Positions 1 through 11,123 of a stretch of DNA of 64,000 nt are shown here, piece after piece. This DNA is from Amoebophrya sp. A120 (Eukaryota; Protista; Dinoflagellata). The position numbers and the translations under genes are program-made. The stretch spans positions 169,235-233,234 of the forward strand of contig CAJINV010000028.1 of assembly GCA_905178155.1 (NCBI GenBank), read 5' to 3'. Below the pieces are notes generated by a model. It searched no databases, had not been told where the DNA came from, and saw only the letters and a list, made by a program, of their open reading frames with translations. How positions within the stretch are numbered: position 1 is the first letter of the stretch; every line of letters begins with the position of its first letter.

Positions 1-631
1 AAATGCGTGTCAAAGCGGAGGAGAGCTCCTGTAGCGGCAGTAGTGGGCCAACGGCAGGAGCACCGTGCAAAAGAAGTTCCTCTGGTGCTCGTCCTCTTCC
101 CGTCGCATAGTGCTGTCGCATCGTATCCACTTCGAGAAGAGGCGTAAACTTGTTTAGCAAGTAGCACGTGGTGACGCCGCGGTGCGGAACCCCTCTTGGT
201 CCCCCTGTGGCTAAGGACGCTCTGGTAGTGCTCGGTCTCATTCGAGATTGCAGGAGGCGTCGTCCCCCGAAATACTTGTGGGGCCAGACCGCACTGCTAT
301 CTCCAGCCGCGCCAGTACTTGTGTTTCCGCGATGCTCCGCTACTGCGACCACGAGCAAATACGTTTCTGCGGAGGCTCCGGTGGCGGCAACGGCGTCATG
401 TGCGTTGCCAGACGGCGCAAATTCGGCCACAAAGCGGATCTGCAGATCATAGTCGAGTTGCTCAGCGTTCACAAGACAAAACAGACTTTTGTCGGGACTC
501 TCGCTTTGATACCTTGCCAGAAAGGCCTGAACCTGTTCCCAAGTCGTTGTCTGACTACAAAACAGCACTTGGTGCGGGTCAGGGCGAATTTGAAGGGCAG
601 CGTGGCTCCAGATAATTGCCGGAAGAATGTC
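1..631 (-). CDS. Downstream exon of the RNF213-like gene (not in ORF track)
   Basis: After a CAG acceptor (632-634) reads DILPAIIWSHAALQIRPDPHQVLFCSQTTTWEQVQAFLARYQSESPDKSLFCLVNAEQLDYDLQ, matching the RNF213 pattern LP..EVLLCT..TT.EEV.LLL.R....YSLLFADQLSY. Frame is open to position 1. Confidence 0.75.
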
Positions 632-3600
632 CTGAGGCCGTCGTAAACGAGAAAGATGCGGGCCTCAGTTACTTGCGACCAAGTACAGCGACAACTCTTT
701 CTTTTCAGAAAGTCATGATCTTCGTATCTAGATGTACTTACATTCAGGAAAGCGGAGATCATAGTGATTTCGAGCAGGCTCAAGTTATCGTATATAAAGG
801 CACTGTGATTAAACGTATCTGTATGTACATACTTCCCTTCATCTTCTTGTTCTTCCTAACCACACAGCTAGCACACTTTTTTTTTGATAAAGATGTGGTC
901 GCTAGAAAAAATGCGTAGCGTCGCCGTGAGCTATGTCTTTATAAAGTTTTTTTTGGGCGGTTGACAGCATGATCCTGCGCGCACTCCTATGCGAACATTC
1001 GCTTTCTTTCGACGTCTGGCTATTATAGTATAGCAACATGTAATCTAAATCTGAGAGGCCCAGCAACTTAAACTTTGATAGCGATCGCGCGACACACATT
1101 AGCAAAGGAGGAACCTCCCGCCGAACTGCAAGCTTTCCGTCCGTTTGCACTTGTGATTCGACTTGGCTGCCACCATAGTACAGATCGCGTTTGCGATGCT
1201 CACGCGTTGCCTCCACATAGCCTTGCCACACTTTCAGAGTCGTTGCGTCTACTAGAGCTAAATCCAGCCCATGCTCGGAGGGAAGACGCAGGCTTTTTGC
1301 AGCACCAGACCCCTGGACGCGCATTGAAACCGTGGTGGCAACCGCAGAGTAGAAAGACGATACACAACGCCCCAGGGCGTCAAGCCAGGCTTCTGCCGTG
1401 GTAGCCTGCTGGAGACGTCCCACACCGCCGTCGTGTACTGCACTCGCCCAACCAGTTTCCAATGCTGACTCCGAGAAGTTGGTCTGGAAAAGGAACCGCA
1501 ACATATCGGACACTTCTTGCCCAACGTGATCGTTCGTCGTGAAAAAGTTTTCGACGACCCAAAGTTGCTGGCCAACGACGCGCGTAAGGATTCCATGCTT
1601 GCGCTGCGCGGCAGCAAGTGCGACCTGCCACTCCTCAGCATCCTTTGCAACCGCGGCAAGAAAATTTCCCAGGTCCCCGGAGGAGCTGAAGCCGACTTCG
1701 CGTTCGACCTTGTTTTTTTCCTTTTGAAGCAGCAGTGCGCTACTACTAGTACTCGTGCTGTCTTTGCTGCTCCGGACGCGATATTGGAAGTGTCCAGCGC
1801 GGCGGATCGCTGCCAGTAGGCCCCGTAGCTCGAACACCTGGTCCGATTGCTCGTGGAACACGCGAAGCAGCTCGACAAGTGTCTCTCGTTCCCGAACCGC
1901 TTCTTCCTTGCGCTTACTGTCCTGAGCCAGGTTCTGCCGACTGGAGGGCGTGCTGCAAGAAGCTTTTCTTACGTCAGAACGGCTGTCCAGCATCCTTGCT
2001 TGCTGCTTCAGTTCCCGCAGCTCCCGCTCAGCCAAAGTGCGACGCCTGGTTGTCGTTGCTGTGTCAGCAGCTGATGTAGACCGCTGCTGCTCCTCGTAGT
2101 CATAGAAGGCCTCGACCGTGACAAAACCGGCTTTGACGCTTGTGCGCACGATGCCGCTCTCGACTAGGCGCCGGATCTTCGTCTTGCTTGCTTCGTCGCG
2201 GTCCGCAGCAGAGGCGCCTTCCAGCTTCTCCTTGAATCCAGCAACAAGTGAGCCGCACTTCTCCACATTTTCGATGAAGAGTTTCTCTTGCCCCGCGATT
2301 TCATGTAACAGCAAGCCGCACAGCTGCCGCAAACGGGGAAGCGGGCCGGGAGGAAGCAGCATTCCCGATTTCTTTGGGGCATCAGACTTGGCAAAGCGAA
2401 AAAGCTTGCGCAGAACCTCAGAAACGCTGACGAGTCGCCGCACAGCATCCAAGTCTAGTCGTCCGTCGCTATTCAAATCGTCCACGACTTCATTGAGCTC
2501 GCTTTCAAGATCGCGCTTTCGTTGCGAGTAAAGAAACTCTACCAAAGGTGCGTTAGCGTTTAACGCACAAAACACGTCGTTGGCCTGCTTGGTGCTCTGA
2601 ATCTCTCTCTTCAACTTCTCGGAGAAAGGATTTTCCATGTTATCGTGTTCTTTTGCTAACGGACTGTACTCAAAAAGCAGCAGCTTGGAGTGCGTGCTGC
2701 TCGTAATTCCAGACGGCATTTTCGGTTCCCATCCTTCAATTAGCCGCATCATTTTCTCCCCGACATTCTCACAAGTCTCAGACGATGAGCCAGACAAGGG
2801 CTTCACCGGGGCGGCCGCTAATCGCATCATTTTTCCGAATGCAGATAAGTGTGTTGCCTTAGCTTCGTAGTCCTTGCAACAGAAGCAGGCCAAGAGCACT
2901 TTTTTTCGCTTCACTGGTTGACGCAGTATTCCTCGCAAAGCGGTTAGCTCGTGTTCTATAGCGAGGAGCGAAACCTCTAGCTGGGCTGCCTCCTCGCCCT
3001 CCGTCGCGTCTTTGCGCTCGATGTCGCGCTCCTCAGCACTGGAGCCTCCGCTGTCGAGCTCGCGCTCCTCCTCACTGCTGCTACCACTTGCACTTCCGGC
3101 TGCTGCTGTGTCCCTATGAGTGCGGTAGAATTTCTTGTGGCGTGAGCTACTCTCCATGTCGGCTTGATTGCTCTGATGAATTTTTGGGACCAGGGCATAC
3201 ACGTCGCTCAGGCGTAGCGGCTGGCTACCGGGGCATGCTCCGGTTTGCGGATATGTGACACAGCCAGCTCTCTCCAAAAAACTTCTCCACTTGGTAACAA
3301 AGCGGCTAGCGGCGTTTTGCAACGCCGCATCCAGCTCGGGAAGTTTGGAATCGCAGCTTTTGAGCACGCGCATCGCGCTCGGCGCCCAGCATTCATGCAG
3401 AAAAAAGCTCGACTGCAGCAATACAGAATACTTGTGCACACTGCCAAACGTTGGCAACTTCAGCGTTGCTTCCTGTACAGCGTGGTTCGCGACAGGCACA
3501 GGGCCGCCGCCCGACATTTCCTCATCTCCAAGCCCAACAGTCTCCGAAGACTCCTTCGCTGCAGTTTGGTCATCAGAAATCCACAGATGAAATTGGGCGG

Positions 3601-6600
3601 CTGACACGTATTCCTCGCTTTTCTGCAGCTCCTGATACCACGCACGAGGCTCCTTCTCCTCAACCGTCAGATCCAATTTTTCCAGAAGTATCACTAAACT
3701 TTCGGCCTCAGTGAGGTATTCCGTCCATAAATTCGTGGCGCGTCCATATATGCTCAAATATTTGTGGACTTGAGAAGCATACTTTCTTTTTGGCTCCCCT
3801 CCTGCAGGACCCAAACTTGCCGTCTCAGCGGCCTGACCGGTCCCTTCGGCTCCATCTGCGGCACGAGAACTGGCCATTACGACACCAGCAGGGGTCGCAA
3901 TATGTAAATCGCACAGGGTTGCCCACTTTAGCAGCTGCGCTGGATTCTTCGAAAGCGCTGCGGCTTCGCGCAAGGAAACGTTAGCAAACCGAGTTGACGC
4001 GAAGAGAAAGCCCTCCAATCGCTCCATCCAGGTGGTGACGAATGGCTCCTTGCGAAGAAATCGACTCAGCTCAGGAAGGTCCTTTTCGCGGCAAAGCGCC
4101 GTGAGGTAGTACTGCTCAAAACGATCTGGAACGGAAGCGATTTCAGGCAGCTGTGGAGAAGACCTGCTTTTCTGGGTCGTTCCCGCAATGTGCCTCTCCA
4201 CCTCGCTTGTTTTTTCTTCGCCAACGGTATTCGCCTCAATCGGGCTCGGAGGGGCAAAATAACACTGTTGCATCCGCTCGCATTGCAAATCTTCCGCCAG
4301 GGCCACAACGTTCGCGCCCTCAAGCAGCCGCTGACACGATTTCAACAGGCGCAAATCAAAAATCTTGTTCCCGAAAATGGCTCCCGCGATTCTCAAAGCG
4401 GTTTGCGCATCGAGTTGTTTTTTCCTCCAGTGATTGTCGATGACCAAGTTGACAAGGTCCCAGAACTGGTCTGTGATTGCAAGTGAAACTGCAGGGCGCC
4501 CCTGCTGTGCCTGGGCAACTTCCGGACAGAAGAGAGTTCTCGCCTGGTGCGAGAGCAAGTGCGCAAGAATGCCCTCGTCATCGCCAAAAAACTTGACAAA
4601 ATTTTCTCGGACCGAACGGAACAGGGCCGGCGCAAACAGGGACGAGCGTGATGGTTTTGGGTCAGTTATTTCTCGCTCAACCTCGAGTGGAGATCGACCA
4701 GATTGAAATTCTTCGGGTGCGGATCCAGTACGTGGCGTATCGATGTTGTCATTGTTGAGCTCGTTCTTTGAATCTGGTGTCGTGCTGTGCTCCTGGAACA
4801 CTTTTAGGGAGCTCAGATCACTTTGCGGTCCCGCTGCAGTGGCGGTAGTGCTCTCGCTCTGGTGACCCGCTGGCGTCTCCCCGTGCTGAAAAGTCGAAGT
4901 CGGAAATCTGCTGTCATGATCTATGGCCTTGAGCAAGCACAACAGGTCCTGCAGAAACACGCTCACGCTAGAGCGAGCTTGCTGGAGAAGAAACTCAGCA
5001 ACGGTTGCAGGAAAGGATTCCTCCCAGATCTTCCGCTCGACACAGCCTGCTGCGTCGTGTGTGACGAGGACTCCCAGAACCTTCGCTACAAGATCCATGT
5101 TGTTGTCGTGCTTGCAGACATCCGCCACGAAACGGAGACAGAAACAGGCAGGGTGGATGAGATTGCAATCCAGTCTGTAGCTCTCCTCCAGTTGGGTTGC
5201 TTGTCCGCTTGGTCGTCTCTCTTCAGTAGACTGTGCAGCAACTTCCGGTAGCGCTTCGATTTTCTCCGCGGAATAAAACGGTCTTTGGTCATTGCTATTG
5301 CTGACGTCATGAGCAGATGTTGAAGGCAAAGTGTAGCTTGCCGCCATGATGGCGTCGCGGCACCGTAGCTGCTCCTGCCCGCTTTTTTCGCCTCCCCCGG
5401 GCTCACATTCGGGCTGCAGAATGCACACGCGCTGGTTATGACGAACCTTCGATTGCCTAGCAAACACATCCAGCACCGCCCGAAAAACTTTTTCGACGCG
5501 GCTTAGCAAGCCATCGTTCTTTTTGCGCGCCGGCGCCGGGGACACCGCATCGCGCAAAGCTTCAAACGCTTGACTGACGAATTTCCGAATGAAGGGGAGA
5601 GCAAAAACTTTTCTGCGGATTGGATCTGACATCGCAGCTTCCAGACACTGTTCCAGAAAAAGCGGAAGGTCTCGAAATCCACCTAGCAGATCGTCTCCGC
5701 CTTGCGGCCACACAGCGCCTCTCTGCATGCGGTTCCCGTGCAAAAGGTGCAACAAGATGTTTCTGGTGGTCGACCGCCCGCTGTGCAACCCATGCGTGTT
5801 GAACACACTGGATTCAGTGACTTCCTGCCACAGGCCAGCCTCCTCAACGCGTTGTAGAAAACGAAACAGGCTCGAGAGAGAAACATTCCGGGTTGCAGTA
5901 TCCGTGTCTTTTTCACTTGCTTCCTGGTCTTGCTGAAGGGCGCAAAGCAAAAGTTTTTCCACCACCTTGTCACGGAAAGCGAGATCATCGGCCCCCAGGG
6001 AAGCGGGCAGTGCCAGCCCTTGCACGCTTGTCTTGTGGCAATCTAAATCACGAGTGACGGTAGAGGTGAGCGCAGGATCGTTTTGAAGATCTTCTTGTGC
6101 ATACATTAGCACCTTCTTCACGCGAACGAGTACTTCCGTTAGTGCAAGAGCTTCGGAATCCGCACCTGACGTCGCGCTCCCCGTTTCCGAGCAAAGATTT
6201 GCTTTCACGTCAGTTCTTGGCGGGCAGTTTTTCGTACAACCAGCAACGGGTTCCTCTTCGCCGAGCAGGTGCTCTAGCACCCAGGCTAGTAACGCCGATT
6301 CCCTCCACCTTGTCTGGTCCTTTCCGCGAACGAAACAGACGACGGCTTGCAACACCCGCAACCAATCGTAGTGGCCTGCCAGCCGCCGAAAGGCAACGCG
6401 CAGACCGTTGGAAAGCGGAGTGGTGTATCAACCGAGAACTCGCAAACATGATGCCTACCGTGGTGTGTTACGCTTACGCCCTTTTTTCCGTCTTGCAGTT
6501 CTTCATGCATAGCGCAGCGGTTCCACTTCCGCTTTCAAATGCATATGAAAGCAGGGCTATAAACGTAGTTGCGCAATTCTCTATTCTTTTTCTTCCGTTG

Positions 6601-9415
6601 CACGGACAACGACAGATGCATCACATCAAAGGAGCACAGCCTACATAATAAACAAGTATGAACTCACGGAAGTCGGAAATCTTCGTAGTGGAAAATGTGC
6701 ATTTGTCTGCTTTTCACTGTGGTACGATTTTTTTCCTGGACGTTGCATTGTCGGTTCGGCTTGCCGCCAGCTCGACGATTTCTTCCTGTAGCATCTCCAA
6801 CCCAGTCGGCTTTTCCGATGTGATACTGTCCAACATGGGTCCCTCCCAAGCGTTCCGATTTTTCAATGCTTCGAGAAAGGCTCCGAAAGAAGGCACGCTC
6901 CCAGCTAGGTCTGGAAAGTAAAAGTTTATACTTAAAGTAAAAAGCCACTAGATGAATGAATGAATGCTGGGTCGCTTAAGCATCTGCTCGTGCCCTACCA
7001 CTACTAGAGCCAAGGGGCTACAAAAGTTAGTTAACTAGTCTTCCCACAGCACAGCATTTCCCAAAATTGTATAAACGAAAAGAGCAAGGCCCTATGGGCA
7101 ATACATAGACCGACGGCATGATGCTTCAACTCGTATTGATGATTCCGCGCCAACATCAGCAGCACATCAGAAGTCTACATGAGTCGTGGTCAATATGTCA
7201 ATAACAACTAAGTACAGATACCTTTCATATTGATCGGACGCTTGCACCGTAGCTTGGTTTTCTCCATTTCCACTATGCAAAAAGGATTCTGGTTCTCTTG
7301 AATCTCTCCGCTCACGACCTGGAGAACCGTAGCCGGACCGGATGGGAACGTCATCTTCTTCGCCTTCTTGTCCTTCTTCTGCGTCCAAAAATCTATGGCC
7401 GACAACTTGGGGCAAAGTGGCGAAGATCAAATTTTCAGATTATGAATTAGCCCACAAAAGAAATCTCTACTGATGCAGCTAGTAATTTTAGTCTCACCCA
7501 ATAGCATTCCCACTAACTAGAATTGACGTACTTACGCCTTTCATACCGCAGATTCTGTATGCGAAGCAAAATCGCAAGTTGTACTTGGTCCGACACCGAG
7601 ATTGTTCTCGTATTTCCATCAGCAGCAGACGCTCGGATGACCTAGAAAATGCTAACTTGTTACTTATGCCTCGAAAAGTTGCGCCGGATAGCTTTCAGGT
7701 CTACTGACATGCCTAGAATGTCCACAGCTTCTATCTTGTGGTCTCCTCGTCGTTGCCCATCGCTCCGTCCTGTCGTAAATAATCACAGCGCGTGAGCGTG
7801 CGCGTGCAGGAGGGAAAATACTAATTCCAAGTAAAACAGACTTAAGAAAAGCTTACGCCTCTCGTGGCCGCCTTCGGCATTTGTATTCCCAAACGGAAAA
7901 CAGAGGGAATAGTATGACTTTGTTGTAAAGTTCTCTACAGTAGTGAGTGCTTACTCTTCAAATGACGTAAAAGTACAACAGAAACGTCTCCCTTTGCTTC
8001 GCCTTGACGCGAAAAATAAAAATGTAAAAAGCAAACAAGAACTGTACCTTTGTGGCAGCCGAGCCGGTACATTAGATACGAGCTTAAACGGTCTTTCACG
8101 CGGTCCTTGTCGCTAGACGCAAGCATGATCGCTGTAGACTCCTCCAGCGTTGTAGTTCCTGGTAATTCCATGTCTTGCAACAACTCCACTGCGTACGTCC
8201 ACGGGAGTTGTTTCCGGAGTGAGGCCAGTGCGTCACGGCTCCAGGTTTCGTGCTCAAGCAAAGCCGCGAGCGCCGCAGCTTTGCTGCTAATCGGACAAGG
8301 AATATCAGCAAAGTCCTCAGTAACAGCATCAAGGCCGATCTCCGAACTTTGTATGTCGTGGTGAAATTTGTCCCCCCTGTACCAGATTCGAGCGGAAAAA
8401 TATGGTCGACAGCAGACTCAAGGGCTTTCAGATTTGTTTTTGTGTCTTGCGTACGCGCACTCTGCAAAAATCCGTGCAAGGTAAGTATCATTTAAAAATA
8501 AAATTGAAAGTGGGAGTAGCAGCGAAAAGATGATGGACTCTGATGCTATGCATCAGCATCAGGAGCAGACATAATTCATAGATCATCATCATCATCATGA
8601 ACTTCAGTAGGTGGAGGGGGGTATTCGAAGTTTTCAAGTGTGATACTGAGACGGGACCCCGGTATTTTCGCAGTCGTCGTCAACATCCTCGTCGTCAGAC
8701 TCCACCCCTTCCGGCTGTTCTGAGAGGGGCGGTTGCGGGACTGAAAGCGAAGCAACGCAGGCAGGAACGCCTGGGGAGCTGGGACCAGCGTCTTTTTGCT
8801 CGTCCATTTTCGATTGTTGACAGCCATCGTTTGGACGCTTTGTCTTCCCAAATCGGCTCTGATCCGTGGGAGCGCTGCTGGGTTGCATATCCGAAATTTC
8901 CGAATCAGACGGGTCTGCATGATTTTCATTCCAGGAGACGGACGATTCGGATTCCGATTCGCCCTCGTCATCATGAGCCGCCTTTTTCCGAGAAGCAGGC
9001 TTCGACGAAGTTTCTCCACTGCATCTTTTATCCGTGTAAAAAAGACACCTTGACACCGGTGACAGACATGTCGAGGTTTTTTCGTGCATCTTATACGGAA
9101 GGTCTACTTCCTATATGTACCCGCGTTATTTGCCGTGGCGGAAAGACGCAAGTGGCTCGGTCCTCTTTTCTAAATGCAGACATTGTATATTCGCAAACCA
9201 GGAAACGAAACGTTCAACGAAATATAAAAATCAATGGAAATCATGGAATGCATGTCGGCGATAAGGTGCTTTTGCTTTTCATAGCCCTGCTGGGGGGCCT
9301 TCGAACCCGCGGACCTCGGGCTGTTCTTGATCTTGTGCTTCTTCTGCTTCTGCCTTCCACCCCCGCGGCCGCCCTTGGTCGGCTTTGTGCCTCCCGCTTT
9401 CTTTTTTCCACCCAT
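1..9415 (-). CDS. RNF213/mysterin-like giant AAA+ ATPase/E3 ligase, N-terminal part, multi-exon, runs off the left edge
   Basis: Probable start MGGKKKAGG at 9415; several small exons at 6.4-9.4 kb; one ~5.3 kb exon. Segments FHEQSDQVFELRGLLAAIRRAGHFQYR and EEWQVALAAAQRKHGILTRVVGQQLWVV, and the exon at 1-631, resemble the RNF213 region just before the AAA+ core. Exon boundaries approximate. Confidence 0.75.
902..6361 (-). CDS. Large internal exon of the RNF213-like gene (1819-codon stop-free frame)
   Basis: ORF track 902..6361. Both ends probably run into intron sequence. No internal stop despite many Gln/Trp codons, so the host uses the standard code. Confidence 0.8.
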   Translation of the reverse strand: MRVLQAVVCFVRGKDQTRWRESALLAWVLEHLLGEEEPVAGCTKNCPPRTDVKANLCSETGSATSGADSEALALTEVLVRVKKVLMYAQEDLQNDPALTSTVTRDLDCHKTSVQGLALPASLGADDLAFRDKVVEKLLLCALQQDQEASEKDTDTATRNVSLSSLFRFLQRVEEAGLWQEVTESSVFNTHGLHSGRSTTRNILLHLLHGNRMQRGAVWPQGGDDLLGGFRDLPLFLEQCLEAAMSDPIRRKVFALPFIRKFVSQAFEALRDAVSPAPARKKNDGLLSRVEKVFRAVLDVFARQSKVRHNQRVCILQPECEPGGGEKSGQEQLRCRDAIMAASYTLPSTSAHDVSNSNDQRPFYSAEKIEALPEVAAQSTEERRPSGQATQLEESYRLDCNLIHPACFCLRFVADVCKHDNNMDLVAKVLGVLVTHDAAGCVERKIWEESFPATVAEFLLQQARSSVSVFLQDLLCLLKAIDHDSRFPTSTFQHGETPAGHQSESTTATAAGPQSDLSSLKVFQEHSTTPDSKNELNNDNIDTPRTGSAPEEFQSGRSPLEVEREITDPKPSRSSLFAPALFRSVRENFVKFFGDDEGILAHLLSHQARTLFCPEVAQAQQGRPAVSLAITDQFWDLVNLVIDNHWRKKQLDAQTALRIAGAIFGNKIFDLRLLKSCQRLLEGANVVALAEDLQCERMQQCYFAPPSPIEANTVGEEKTSEVERHIAGTTQKSRSSPQLPEIASVPDRFEQYYLTALCREKDLPELSRFLRKEPFVTTWMERLEGFLFASTRFANVSLREAAALSKNPAQLLKWATLCDLHIATPAGVVMASSRAADGAEGTGQAAETASLGPAGGEPKRKYASQVHKYLSIYGRATNLWTEYLTEAESLVILLEKLDLTVEEKEPRAWYQELQKSEEYVSAAQFHLWISDDQTAAKESSETVGLGDEEMSGGGPVPVANHAVQEATLKLPTFGSVHKYSVLLQSSFFLHECWAPSAMRVLKSCDSKLPELDAALQNAASRFVTKWRSFLERAGCVTYPQTGACPGSQPLRLSDVYALVPKIHQSNQADMESSSRHKKFYRTHRDTAAAGSASGSSSEEERELDSGGSSAEERDIERKDATEGEEAAQLEVSLLAIEHELTALRGILRQPVKRKKVLLACFCCKDYEAKATHLSAFGKMMRLAAAPVKPLSGSSSETCENVGEKMMRLIEGWEPKMPSGITSSTHSKLLLFEYSPLAKEHDNMENPFSEKLKREIQSTKQANDVFCALNANAPLVEFLYSQRKRDLESELNEVVDDLNSDGRLDLDAVRRLVSVSEVLRKLFRFAKSDAPKKSGMLLPPGPLPRLRQLCGLLLHEIAGQEKLFIENVEKCGSLVAGFKEKLEGASAADRDEASKTKIRRLVESGIVRTSVKAGFVTVEAFYDYEEQQRSTSAADTATTTRRRTLAERELRELKQQARMLDSRSDVRKASCSTPSSRQNLAQDSKRKEEAVRERETLVELLRVFHEQSDQVFELRGLLAAIRRAGHFQYRVRSSKDSTSTSSSALLLQKEKNKVEREVGFSSSGDLGNFLAAVAKDAEEWQVALAAAQRKHGILTRVVGQQLWVVENFFTTNDHVGQEVSDMLRFLFQTNFSESALETGWASAVHDGGVGRLQQATTAEAWLDALGRCVSSFYSAVATTVSMRVQGSGAAKSLRLPSEHGLDLALVDATTLKVWQGYVEATREHRKRDLYYGGSQVESQVQTDGKLAVRREVPPLLMCVARSLSKFKLLGLSDLDYMLLYYNSQTSKESECSHRSARRIMLSTAQKKLYKDIAHGDATHFF

Positions 9416-11123
9416 CCTGCTCGTCAAATCAACGAAGGCAATGCAAATGAAAATATCATGATTTTGATTTATATTGTCTACCTTTTCTACGCGTGCCAAC
9501 TACAATCCCATAAACTATTTTTGTGTGGCTGTGCTTGCTGGGGCTCGTTGAAAGCCAACTATTAGAGCACTATCGAGGCCCGATAATCTGGATCTTCTTG
9601 TACGAGTATAGCGATCGCGGCGATCATTAAACAAACTGGCCTAGTTGTAAGTTTGAGAACGGTAAAGCTGGTTCAAAGGATACATGTCAAAACCTGAACA
9701 CGATAAACCCTGACTGGTCGCTGGGAGTGTTCGATGGTTTGTTATGCAAGCGATCAACCCGATCTCGAATGCATCTGTGTACAACGCCGACAAGAGGAGA
9801 ACCTAACGGGGTCTGGTTCTGCACTGGAGCGAAATGCAGGCGAAAGAACTTGTTCTGAGCCCGCCGAAGCGTCACGCTGACGGAGAAAGCTACTCATCCT
9901 GAAGCGGTAAGCTGATCGTGATCTGTTGAAGTGCCGGCACCATGGCAGCTGGAGGATATAATTATGATAAACATAAATAAGTATTCAAAAAAATTTCGAT
10001 CAGTGCGACGGCATTGTTACTGGTTTCCAAAACCTTGTCATGCATGAAAAAAGCGTGGTGGGCAGAGCGCGACCCACGTGTCATCAAAGCATACATACGT
10101 GTCTAGTTTGGACATTGTATGTTCGAGTTCGAATCCAAGTACTTGACTATCTGATGATCGAACTCTGGGTTTAGCACTGACTGCTGCGCACTATTGGCAT
10201 CCGTCCAACATCATGCCCGGATCAAAAGAAAAACCGGTTACGCCAAAGGCTGCAAAATGAACCAATGCGCGACCAAACGATTATACTGTACTTCGGAATG
10301 AGGCCCGAGGGCGATTTTCGTTCGTATTTTTACGATTTGGCTGGTATAGAAATAGAGCTTTCTCGTTCCCATCGGCACCATCGGTTCTTATCAAAGAAGC
10401 ATCTTACGCGAACTTCTTGTGCGGACAGGAACTGGTGGTGGTGCGCGGATCTCTCATGTTCCTGCTTGAAACCAAATCAAGCTAGTGGACCAATGGAAAC
10501 CCAGATTATATGTACTTCTCTAGTCACAAACAAGTCACTCAATGTCAATCTGCTCTACTTTATCTTCGTTCGCCTAGTTTGCTTTACCTTCTACAGGTGG
10601 AAGGCGCGTTATCGACGGACAAAAAAAGCGTCGCAGCCCCAGCAAGCTTCAATTGCCTCCACTTTCTTGATCGCATCGGCATCCCGGCAAATTATATAGT
10701 TTTCACATCGATTGAGACGGCAATCATGTCTATGCCATGCACGGAGGGGTAAAATAAATACAGAAATGTTTCCGCTAACCAGTCATGCAAGTGGTCAAGA
10801 AGATGTGGATGACGCATACGTAATTCAAAGATCCGCTTCACCAAAAGCTGAAGTAAGTATCTTCGACACCGGACCAACGGCCATGCAACACAAAACTAAT
10901 TCAAATTCTTCTGTACCGCTGTGTTTGTAATGAACATTGTTGCTACATCTGCAGAGACGGAAATGTCACAGATTCGAAGGAAAGCATGAAGCAGACCTAT
11001 TCCTCGAGCGCGCACGCAGGCTTACGGACTTGTTTCGAAACATGCATGTGGATGCGTCGCAACTTTCTGAAGTCGACGGCAAGAGGAGCGAACTGAGGTT
11101 TCGACAGTGGCCCGGCTGACGTC

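Noticed and set aside
902-6361. Host stop-codon reassignment
   Set aside because: An 1819-codon frame rich in Gln and Trp has no in-frame TAA/TAG/TGA, and other genes end in ordinary stops.
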